A stretch of 64,000 bases of DNA from the human T2T-CHM13v2.0 reference genome, Homo sapiens. Below are positions 27,347-40,825 of this stretch, piece by piece. The position numbers and the translations under genes were made by a program. The stretch lies in assembly GCF_009914755.1 (NCBI RefSeq), contig NC_060940.1; one strand, 5' to 3'. The notes beneath the pieces are model-generated. The model was not told the origin of the DNA. It did not search any database and saw only the letters and a list, made by a program, of their open reading frames with translations. Within the stretch, counting starts at the first letter, position 1. Each line of letters opens with the position of its first letter.

Positions 27347-28502
27347 GTGAGTCTGGGGCCCCGCGCCGGGACACTGAAGTGATGGCATGGCCGCCTGCCG
27401 CTGCCACCGGGCACACGTGGCCCCGGGGCTTTCTCGTGACTCTTCCTGTGCAGAGGGCACGTGATTGGACACAGATGCCCATCTGAGGGTTCTACGTCTC
27501 ACACTCACCGTGAACGTGAAGGTGAGAAGGTAGATCCTGCCCCAGTTCCAAATTCCAACTGATTCTTGAGACTGTCTTGTGGAAATGTTTGTAAATTCAG
27601 GGGCAGAAGTGAAGCTCTGCCCTGTCCTCCCTCCACACAGCCCTTTCCTGTGGGCTGGGGAGCATGGGGGCCCCTTTAGCCGGAGAGCTCCCTGCCCCCC
27701 TCGTTGAAGGTCTCAGCTCGGGGCAGAGCCAGTACCTCGGGCTGCTGTGGCCCTAGCGTCCACGAAAACAAAGCGCAGGGCTGCTGTGCTCTGTGGATGG
27801 CCCAGCGGGCCCAGGCCAGCATCTCCATACCTCGCAGGCAGAAGCCCCCGAGGGTGAGGCCGTGCCGAAATCTCCAGCATGGCCGAGGCCCAGACAAGAG
27901 CCCCGTGATGCCGTGGGCTGTTTGCTCTGAACACTGGAGGCAGAAGGTGGCCCTGCATCCGGGAGCAGTCTTGGCCCCGCAGCCTCCGTGCCACCTGCTT
28001 TGGGAACGTGCCCAGCGGGGACGTTGTCCTTGTTCTACCTCCAGCCTGGTGGTTGGCTGCTGCCCAGCCCTTCTGGAACATTCTGGCCGCTGTCTTTGGG
28101 TCTGTTCCGCTCCTTTCTGTGGACCCAGCGCTGGTGATCCACCTGTGTCTTGATGCCATCCACCTTCAGTGCTTAGAATTAAAATCCTAGATGTCTGAGC
28201 AGCCTTTCCCTGCTCCCCGGGCACTGCTGAGGGCAGGTGTGCCCCTCAGCCCTCGGGAAGAGAGGGGTCCTCCTCAGGAGGCGCTTGCTGAAGAAGTGGG
28301 CTCGGTAGAGCTCACGCTCACCAGGGTGCGCAGGTCGCCAGGCTGGGCGGTTCTGCAGTCCCTCAGCCGCGACAGCCGTGTGATGATGTCAGTGCTCACC
28401 TGACGCTCACGTCTTCACAGCGGGGCAGCTGCGGGCCCAGAGTTTAAGGACCCGTGTCCTGTAGAAGGTCTGGCCCCTCCTCTGGCCTGAGCATTCCTGC
28501 TG

Positions 28503-28592
28503 TGCCCATGGGCACGGTGGCCCCTGCAGAGGCACGCCCTGTACTCTGCCCATGGGCGCGGTGGCCCCCGCAGAGGCGCGCCCTGTACTCTG
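28503..28592. repeat. Tandem duplication, ~44-bp unit x2
   Basis: TGCCCATGGGC(A/G)CGGTGGCCCC(T/C)GCAGAGGC(A/G)CGCCCTGTACTC twice. Confidence 0.9.
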
Positions 28593-30055
28593 CGTGGTGT
28601 TTGGTTCCACATTGTCGCCGACCTCACTGGAGATGCGCTGGAAGCACGGTGAGGGCCATGGGCGCAGAACGCACAGGCAGTGAGGAGGGGGTGGGTGGGA
28701 TGGTGAAGGCAAACTCGTTCGGCAGCGCTTATTTTATGTGGTGTGAACCTTGGCCTGTCCGTGAAGAACAGTCAGGCGTGGCTGCCTCAGCCCCTGCCGA
28801 GGACGCGTGGCAGCCCCCCGTGCCGTTCCAGATAGGAGCGCTGCAGGAGGGCAGTGAGGTCCGCGCCCAGGAAACTAGATGTGGGGGCCATGCCTGAGGG
28901 CGTCCTGCTGCATTATAAGTTTCTGGTCATTTTCCGATTTCAGAATTGAACAAACCTGTGTCCCATGGTTGGTGTTTACACCCCTAGCTTCCTGTAAGCT
29001 CTCTCTGTTACCATGCCCTCCTGGCAGGCCCCAGGTGAATGATTTAATTAGGATCCATCGTAACAGCCAAGGAAGACGGCGTGCTTAAGGGGCCGCTTTC
29101 CCTGCAGAAAACCCCAGCGTGGTTGGACTTGGTGGTGAGCGGGTTTGCCCATCTGAGGCCAGACAACTGCAGGGTGCGTTAGCTTGTCACCAAGGGCCCA
29201 GCTCTCTGCCTTACCATCTCAGCTTGTCCTCAGGCTAGCTCTGCCCCACTGGGAAGTGACCGAAGGCCTTCATGGTGACTCTGCAGGCGTGACTGCACCC
29301 AACAGAGACAGGTTTCTGGTTGAGCCTCCTTATCCACATGAAGCCCCCATCCCCAGTCATGCTTGGGAATGGTCTTGCATCTTGCATGGGTCAGAGCAGG
29401 GTCACGCGCTTGAGCTCGTTCTAGGAAAACCTGTGGCTCAGCTGTGAGGGCCTGGCTCTGAGAAGATGGGTTCCCTTAGGAGGGAAGGCAGGTAGCTGGC
29501 CTGTGGGGGTGGCCAATCCTCAAAGTGGAGAGTGGGGCCTGTTCCCTGGAGCAGTGGGTTGGGAGGGTAGGGGGGTGCCATTTGCAGGGGAAGACACTTG
29601 TCTTAATGCGCGGTGGCCTGTGGGTGTCACAGGCTCCCTGAACCATCTGTAGCAGAGGCAGCACCTCCACCAGCCTCTGCCCAGAACACAGGTCTGGCCA
29701 CTGTCCTTGGAGGGCAAGTGAGTCCCAGCCAGCCCAGACCTGTGCCCCACTGTCCCCACCCACCCAAGTCCCCAGCTGCCTTTCCAGCTGTCTGGGGGAA
29801 GGGGCTTTGCATCCCAGGCGGTGGCCCCCCTACCCCAACCTCCCATGGCCTTCAGCCACCCACCCCAGGGCCCTGGTGTGGCTCCTCCATTCCAGCTGAG
29901 GTTCACCCCTTCCCGTTAGGCCTTCCCAGCTGTGGCCGGGCTCGCAGGAGACAGTCCTCATACTGACCCCTCATCCTACCCTGGAAGGCCCCTCCTCCAT
30001 CCAGGGAACAGTATATCGAGTGTCATTTGACATTTGTCTTGAAAAAGCACAACCT

Positions 30056-30650
<595 letters not shown>

Positions 30651-30850
30651 GAAGCAGGACCTTAACTAGAGTAGAAGTTGCCAGGCCTCTTCCTCCCGTG
30701 GGCTCGGCCGTGGGCTCGTGGCTTCTCCTGGCTCTTCCTTTGTGGTTCCTGTGCCTTCCAGCTGAAGCTTCTGGGAGTGTGCACGGCAGCCCTAGAGTGG
30801 GCTCCTCCACCTGGGGCGTGTTCCGTGTGGCTGAGCTGGAGGATGAGTGA

Positions 30851-31177
<327 letters not shown>

Positions 31178-31737
31178 TCCTTTAACTCATTTTAAGATAA
31201 AGCTGTGATTTCGTACTTGAAGTCCTTTTAATATCTGTAACTCGTTGACCAGAACCTGTATCTTTGAGGGAAGAATCATAGCTGCCCCGAAAATCCTTTG
31301 TTGAAACATTGGGACAGTGTTTATAGGAAGGCAAAATGGTACCTGAAGCTTCAGGGAAATATCTTCGGGAGGGCCAGGATGTTCTCCACTTCCAGGTTAC
31401 TTCCCAGTGAGGCAGCGGGTTGGGGGTGGAGAGGCAGGAGCAGCTGCTGCGCCGGCCCCGGTGACGGAGTCCATGTCGGGGGCGGGCCGGGGCCGGGGCG
31501 GGCCGGGGCCTGGGTGTGCCGGAGCCTCCCTGGGCGCCAGGGTCGTGGGCGCGTCGTTCCGCTGGGAGCCAGGCGTTGTGTACCAAGTCGGGTGAGCCTT
31601 GGGGCCGTCAGGGCTCCTTCGCGCTCCTGTGTGCGTGTTTCTCATTCTGCCTTAAAGTCACTGGCTGTTCATGACACCCCCTGGCCATGCAGTGCTGGGT
31701 ATTTTTCTAGAAAGTCCCTCCTTTCTCCCTTTTGCAG

Positions 31738-31809
31738 ACGGCCGAAGCCCTGCAGCCCACGCTACAGCCGGAGATGCAGCTCGAGCACGGGGCCATCCAG
31801 ATTCAGTGA
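31738..31809 (+). CDS. BANP: BANP last coding exon, TAEALQPTLQPEMQLEHGAIQIQ-stop
   Basis: Acceptor CTCCTTTCTCCCTTTTGCAG|ACG, in frame with the previous exon, TGA at 31807-31809; recognised C-terminus. Confidence 0.96.
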   Translation, partial: TAEALQPTLQPEMQLEHGAIQIQ

Positions 31810-32185
31810 GCGGTGCCCATGGCACCAGGAGCCCCTCGCCGGCTCCGCCTACGGCCCGGCCCCCACGCGCCCTGCTCTCACGGCCTCGGCACAGGCAGCG
31901 GCTGCACGTGTTCTGCTGAAGTGCGTCTGAAGGCCGCTGCCTCCGCGGGGAACAGCATCCTATCAACTGAAAGAGCAGCCGCCGCCGCCCCCAGCCGGAG
32001 ACCCCTTTCGTTTGAGTCCTGCTGTTGGTGTCGGAGCACGAGGGGAGGCACGGTGCGGAGAGCGTCGCATATGCGCGGGAAATCAAGAACTATGATATTT
32101 TTCTGTTTAAACAGCTTTTTTTAATTTGCTATGGTGTTTATAACAAAAAAGAAAATTTGAAAAAAAAAATCCCAGGGGAGTAGCA

Positions 32186-32382
32186 GGAGCCCTTTGCTGT
32201 GTGCTCTGTCCAGTGTCATGAGACGGGAGCCCTTTGCTGTGTGCTCTGTCCAGTGTCATGAGACGGGAGCCCTTTGCTGTGTGCTCTGTCCAGTGTCATG
32301 AGACGGGAGCCCTTTGCTGTGTGCTCTGTCCAGTGTCATGAGACGGGAGCCCTTTGCTGTGTGCTCTGTCCAGTGTCATGAG
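32186..32382. repeat. 40-bp tandem repeat x5 in the BANP 3' UTR
   Basis: GGAGCCCTTTGCTGTGTGCTCTGTCCAGTGTCATGAGACG starting at 32186, 32226, 32266, 32306, 32346 (last copy partial). Confidence 0.98.
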
Positions 32383-32483
32383 GCAGGTGTTTGCAAAGCC
32401 AGCTCTCGGTTCCGATGGGGTATTGCTGACCTACTTTTCTAGGGGAAATGCTCTTAAACACTGTAATTATGCATTTCTAATGA

Positions 32484-32489
32484 AATAAA
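32484..32489 (+). terminator. Polyadenylation signal AATAAA of BANP
   Basis: Canonical hexamer in an AU-rich context with upstream TGTA (32462-32465). Confidence 0.85.
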
Positions 32490-33269
32490 ATGTATTTATG
32501 ACCACAGCAGCCTTACGCTTTTCCTCCTGCGAGACGGTTCGCCAGAGAGTGCCTGTCCCTGGGGGGTTGGGCTCGCTGGCCTTCAGGCCACGCTGCTGCC
32601 CTCTCCACTGTGCAGACAGTAGGTGTGGGCACGCCGGGACAGTCAGTTCTGTTTCCGTGTTGTAGGCACTGCCGAGGGGAAACCTGGTTTAGGACACAGC
32701 TGTGGAACTTCTTGTTCTCATAAACCACAGAGTTCTGCCAGCTCCAGAAGGCACAGTCCTGGGGTCCTTAGAGAAAGTTGCAGCCACAGGGGCAGGCCCT
32801 ACTATTTACAGATTTTTTTAAGGCAGAGATAATATCTGCAAATAGAAGTGCCAGAGGCAGTTGAATCCCTGGTGACCAGCCGGGCCTGGCCTGCTTCACC
32901 TACACCGTTGTGGCAGTTGCGTTAGGGGCTTGGGAAGGGCCTACGTGAAGCCGTGTTCGCTGACTTAGAGCGGGGCCTCTCTGGGCTTTCTCTGGGAGGA
33001 GTTCCGCGTTGCCATGCAGACGGTCGTAGCTCCAGCCTGCTCCACCCCGTCAGGATCCTGGGCTGGGTCCCCTTGGGGGTGAGGGTCTGGGATGAGCTGC
33101 TCTCGAAAGGGGGATGGCGCTCATGGGTTCTGCGTCTCTATCGTGGTGGGGCCGCCTCTGAAGATGGCCACCACAAGGAGCCGGGCCGAGGCCTCCCAGG
33201 AGGTCACCGGAGCTTGGCCACTCTCCAGGAGACAGAAAGGACCAGCTGGGAGGCAGGGTGTAGAAAGTC

Positions 33270-34110
33270 AAATCCACACGTGTATGACTGGAATCCCAGG
33301 AGAGAATGGAGAGAACAGAAGGAAGATGCATTTCAAGGATTCAGGAAGTAGAATAGAACCCCAAGGAGAAACGAACATCAGTCTCTGCCTCGACACACTC
33401 AAGTATCACAGGCAGAGATAATTTTGACAGCAGCCAGAGAGAAAGGACAGATGCCTGCGATGGGATGAAAGCAAGGCAGCAGGCGTGGGCACCCACTGGC
33501 CGCTGGGTGGAGGGGGAGCCACTGGTGCAGAGGAGGGAGCTCTCGGTGTGGGGCTGGGTCTTCAGTGAACCTGTTGTTCAGGATGCTAGTGACATGCCAC
33601 CAATTGACCCAGCAGTTCCACTTGTGGGGATCCACCCCGGAGCTCTGAAGACAGCTGCTCACACATGCACTTGTGCCTGGCTGTGCCCAGCAGCACGGCT
33701 CATACCAGCCACAGGGTAGACGCAACCTGGGTTTCCATCAGCAGATGAAGGGAGAAACAAAGCTGACTGTCCAAAGAATGGGACGTCATCCAGCCACGTG
33801 AAGGAACAGAACATGGATGCGTGCTGCATCCCGGCCAGCACTCAGAGGAGCTGTGCCAAGTGAAGCCACGTGCAGAGGACCACTTACTGTTTGATTCCAT
33901 TGATACGAAATGTCCAGAAAAGACAACTGCAGAGAGACCGGTTCGTGGTTGCCAAGGACTGGGGTGAGGCAGGATTGGGAGTGACTGCGAATGGGCGTGG
34001 GGTTTCTTTTTGGGTGATTAGAATGCTGTGGAATTGAAAGTCGCTGAATCCTTCACTTAAAAGGGCGAATTTGTTGGCATATAAATTATCTCAAAATTAC
34101 AAAAATAAAG
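33270..34110 (+). mobile_element. Old L1 remnants: ORF1-like piece, then an L1MB-type 3' end
   Basis: GACCCAGCAGTTCCACT, GATTCCATTGATACGAAATGTCCAGAA, GTGGTTGCCAAGGACTGGGG, CACTTAAAAGGGCGAATTT..AATTATCTCAA. Confidence 0.7.
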
Positions 34111-34150
34111 AATTAGGTGATACTTAAAAAAATGTATAAACAAAAATTGA

Positions 34151-34649
<499 letters not shown>

Positions 34650-34774
34650 TCAATTTATGGACTTTGTTCTGCCAGGAGCAGACACCAGTGTTTCCTCATC
34701 CTCCTCGGAAGCCTGCCTGCCTTCATTGCTGCTGGGTTATCTGACAGTGAATTTTCCCCTCTATCAAAAAAAGA

Positions 34775-35430
34775 AAAAAGGCCGAAGACATGAAGAGTCA
34801 CCTAAGAGAAGGCCTCCAAATGGTCAGTAAATGTGAAAAAGTGCTCAGCTTCATTGGTCAAATGAAAACCGCCAGAATCCCTAAGGTGTAAAAGGCCAGC
34901 ACCATGGAGGGTGTGAGCAACTGGGCCTCCCCACACCCTGGTGGGGTGGAAGACGGTGCGGTGCCTTCTGCCAACAGCTGCAGCAGCCCATATTGGGTGT
35001 GCCCATCAGAAACGGCAAGTGGGCTTCAGGAGACACCGCCAGGATGGCCTTGGCAGCCATGGTCAGCCTGATCCTGGAGAGCCTCAGACACCCATCACCA
35101 ATGCAGAGTTGCTGCTCGTCCCATGGAAGACTTTGCGGCAACATAAAGGAGGGGCTCGCGGCTCCCACAGTCACACCAGCGAGTTGCACGTGTGCGTGAC
35201 GTGGGACACAGATATGCAGCGTGATCCTGTCTGCCCCTTTCAGAAACCAATGAAATCATCAGTGGCTGAGGCATTCTCTGCAGAGGGAGAGGAGGCAGGG
35301 ATGAAGGAGCGAGGCAGGGGGCTTCCAGGAGGCTGGCATTGTTTCCCAGTCTGCATGTATTCACTTTGTGAGACGGTGTGCTATGATCTGCACACTTCAC
35401 AATGTCATTCTTCAATTAAAAAAAAAAAAA
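34775..35430 (+). mobile_element. Highly decayed L1M 3' region
   Basis: CAAATGGTCAGTAAATGTGAAAAAGTGCTCAGCTTCATT; terminal CACTTCACAATGTCATTCTTCAATTAAAAAA. Confidence 0.5.
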
Positions 35431-36409
35431 TTAAAACACAAAGGGCCAGAGCTGGCCACGGGCAGACCTGCACTATGAGATGCTGTAAGACTACACAAAG
35501 CGGGAGGACCGCGGTTCCAGACGGAAGATCTGAGATGGGGAAGGGAGGAAGAGCAGAGAAAATGGTAAATATGTGGGCAGGCCAAAAACTGGATTTATAA
35601 AAGAAGAGGTCTTGGGCTTAAAAAGAGAAAAAGATAAGAATTAGCATATGTAAAAGAAACTTCAGGATCCCTTATCCATTAAAGGCTACACCCAGAATAT
35701 GTAACTTCCACGCTAGTAGAGGTGAAAGCTACAATTAGAAAAATACATGGTCTGTCCAAAAGAAGACAGGAAAGGACGGGGGCCTGGCCTTGGGGGTGTC
35801 CACTTGGCAGTGCCTCTGGCCCTCCTCGGGGTCAACAGGAAAGCTGACTGAAATGTACAAATGTGCTGAGAGTCTCAGGGGAGTGCAGCCCTCCTAGTCA
35901 AGGGTCTGGGCAAAGAGAGTGTCTGGGCATTGGGGCAGCCCCGGAGTCACTTTTCTCCTGGGCTGGTGGCTGCCCTGACAAGTGCTGCCTGGGGGGGTGT
36001 GTGGGGCCTTGGCCAGCCTCGCAGCCGGAGGGATGGGCACTGGGACCTGGGGCTGCCAAGGACGAGGGCCCCAGTGTTCCCCTTCCCATTGGGCCGAATC
36101 CTGGGAGGGCTGCACCCTGAGTCTCCCGGGGCTGCCACTCAGCCTCACATCGTCCCAGTCATGACCCTGGACTGACGTGGTCTTGCACGGCTGGTGTCCC
36201 CAGCTGCCAGGCAGAAGTAAACACTAATCCTTCTGGGAGGAAGATAATGCTAAATTATGTCTGTGAGCAATTTTGCAAATATGGTATCCAGCACACAGAA
36301 ACAATCAGGCAAAGGAGAGAAAACAATGTAAATAAAAACCTATGGAAATAACAGAGAATAGAAACAGCCCCACAGCGATGAACTGGACACTTTTAAAAAG
36401 TACCAAACT

Positions 36410-37179
<770 letters not shown>

Positions 37180-37533
37180 TAAGCAAAATTTTAGCAAACC
37201 AAATCTAGCAGTGAACAATCTCATTTGGTAACTAACTGTGGCTGGATTCAATCAGGTGTCATATCTTGTATTCTGTACCCTTGTTAAGCTCTCTAATTAA
37301 TCATAACAGTTTCCAACAATATAACAATCTCAGTCCTTTAGATTTTCAACATGACACGTGTTTGGGCTGTGACTGCAGCTTGGCTTGACCTTAGAATATC
37401 ACTCAATGTGACTCAACACACTGACAGATTAAAGGAGGAGAAATTCATGTGATCCTCACGGCCAAGGCAGACACAGCTTTTGAGAAAATTCAGCATCCAA
37501 GAAAAATGCTTAAAAAAAAAAAAAAAAAAAAAG

Positions 37534-38100
<567 letters not shown>

Positions 38101-39096
38101 AACTCTTAAAAAATAAAAAAAAAGCATTCTAGAAAATAAAAGGAATTCCCTTGACTTGATCAAGAGTTTCCACAGAAGCCTTGCAGCCACAGCGCGCGTC
38201 CCCATGGTCAGGAGCAGGACTGGGTGCCATTCTCACAGCTTCTGTCCAGCTGTGTGGAGGTCTCGGGAACAGAGAAAGAAAACAAGCCAGAGGTACACTG
38301 TGGAAACGAAGAGACAAAACAAAACCCACTGTTCGCAGGTGATGTCACTGTGTTCTGGAAAACTCCAAACAATTTCCAAAGATAACCTAAAATATTTCCC
38401 AGGGAAAAATATCGGAAATATTAAGAGATGTCAGCACGTTTTTGGGGATCAAAGTCAGTATACAAGGTGTCATTGCGTTTCTGTCATCAGCAGTCATGCG
38501 AAAAGGAAACTTTAAAAAGCCACCGTTCAAAAAGCTTTAAGATATAGAAATGTCAAGAAATAACTCCAATTAAAGATGCAAAAAGATGTTTATGGGAAAA
38601 AAATCATAAAACTTTCCTGAAAGAGGTTAAAGAAGACCTAAATTAAGGGAGCCCCGTCCCGCATCCGTGGATTGCAGAGCACACTGTGCTGACCCCTGTT
38701 CTGCCGTCTCCCCTGTGGCTGGCTGCCCTGGCCCCTTCTTCAGCCGGGCCAGGAGCCCAGACCCGCGCTCCCCTCTGCGTGGACACACCCTCAACCCCTT
38801 CGCACCTCCGAGGACTCACCTCGTAGGACTCACCTAGACAAAGCCCCAAGCAGAGATACATGAACCTTCGCCTGCCCTGTACCTGAGAGCGGGAGAAGCA
38901 GCGCACACCTGGTTGCATTTTTGCTGTGAAACCACAGGCTTCCAGGCAGCCTCTTCATACTGCCCGGCAGCCCCACTTCCCTTCCCTTTGCCTTGAACCT
39001 GTACACCGCCTCCCCACCTCCACTCCACTACTGGGGATGCCTCCCTGTTCATCAGCCAAAGCAATCAAAAGAAACCCCACAGGCACCCCAGCCACA

Positions 39097-39331
39097 CCCA
39101 CTCACCCACCTGCCCTGCACTCGCCTCCCTTTGGTCCCCCACATGGGTGGGTGCCCGCCTGGCTCCCCCAGCAGCCGGGCCCCACCCGCCCCACGCTCGC
39201 CTCCCTCTGCTCCCCCACATGGGCGGGTGCCCGCCTGGCTCCCCCAGCAGCCAGTCCCCACCCACCCCACACTCACCCGCCTCTGCTCTCCCACATAGGC
39301 GGGTGCCTGCCTGGCTCCCCCAGCAGCCGGG
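39097..39331. repeat. C-rich minisatellite, ~76-bp unit x3
   Basis: CCACAT(G/A)GG.GGGTGCC.GCCTGGCTCCCCCAGCAGCC near 39137, 39213 and 39289. Confidence 0.9.
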
Positions 39332-40742
39332 CTGTGGGAAGATGGGTGAGAGTCAGCTCTCTGAGTGCTTGGCGGCAGGCGGTCAGCTCAGCTGGTGGGA
39401 ACAGCAGGACGGTGTGGACGTCAGCCTGGCACGGGGCAGGGGTGCCCCTCAGCAGAATGGCATGGGGGCTGTGGCAAGCTCCCCTCCATCTCTGGTCCCT
39501 GGAGTCAGACTAGACCTTCGCCGCATCCGGCTCGAAGGCTCGGATGGATGATGGATTGCCCGGCCCATCTTCCCCGGGGGGTTGGATCTGAGACCATCAG
39601 GATCCAGCAGCCGTGAGTGTGATGGATGAACCGAGGCCAGTCACCTAGTGGGGAAACGACATCTCACATTTAAAGAACACCAGGCGTTTCTACACAGCGG
39701 GGGAAGGAAATCCGTCCTGATTTTAAACTTTGGCACAGCTGTGAAACCGAGGGTAGTGAACTCTGAGGAGAGGACTCTTTTCTGTAAGTAGCCCTCCAAG
39801 AGCCGAAGTCCCGGTCCCGAGAGATGCGTGTCATGTGTGTGGCCTTGTGACAGAGCCGCTGGGGTTCTCTGTCTACTTCTGGATCGTCCCCGTGTTGCTG
39901 GGTGGGCTCCCTGTTCCCCCACCCCAGGCCGTGCAGGCTGGCTTCGCAGTGGACTCGGCTGTGGGAGGTCCTGGCAGGGCGGGTGCTCCTTCCCCGCTTC
40001 CCCTACACCCCCGTGACTACAGCCCCATCCCTGGCATCAGCATCCTTGGGATCTTTGCCCCTCAAGCCCGTAACCTTGCTGGTCTCTGGGGCTGTACAGA
40101 AACCTGTTTCCTGCAGGGACATACATTTAACGTCCGTGAAAGCCTCAGACCCCCTGAGCACACCTGCCTAGCCGTGTTGTGGACGAACAAGGGCTGACGA
40201 AATGCCTGTGGAGGCTGATTTCACCGGAGTCAGGGGAAGTCAGTCTAAGCAAAGAGCAGGGGCACGGATGAAAATAACAGAACAGTGACCCAGGTAGGAA
40301 CCGTGTGCCGGGGAGGCTGGGCCAAGCATTTATGGAAACTGCCCAAAGAGCAGAGCAGGGCGGGCGTTTCGGCCCATTTTACAGACCAGGAAAACGGGCG
40401 GAGAGGCTGAGTGACTGCCCGAGGCGACACACAGCTCTCCCGCCCTGTTTGCTTACACACATTCTTGGCCATGCAGTGAAGGGAGTTCCCAGCAGTGTCC
40501 CCCGCCCACTCGCATCCTATTGCCCAGCTGAGCCCCTCCCTTGGCTCTTCCACCCATGGGCCTGATGGCCACAGCTGGGATCCACCGGACACTGCAGTCC
40601 CCCAGGCTTCGGGTCTTTGCCTCCTTAGTCACCTGCGAAGCACCTCCTATGTGCCAGCTCTGCCCGTCCAGGGAGAAGCAGCACAGCCCGGCCACCCGAG
40701 GCCTCCTGTGCGCTTCCCCGTCTGAGGTCCGTGATCAGAACT

Positions 40743-40825
40743 GCGGGCCTCTCCCCAGAGGTCGGGGCAGCGACAGGACAGCCGCGGGCTTCTCCGCAGA
40801 GGTCGGGGCAGCGACAGGACAGCCT
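40743..40825. repeat. Tandem duplication, 41-bp unit x2
   Basis: GCGGGC.TCTCC.CAGAGGTCGGGGCAGCGACAGGACAGCC twice. Confidence 0.9.

Larger units (their letters stand above)
31810..32510 (+). other. BANP: BANP 3' UTR (end approximate)
   Basis: Runs from the stop codon to about 20 nt past the AATAAA; GC-rich first part, AU-rich blocks later. Confidence 0.85.
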
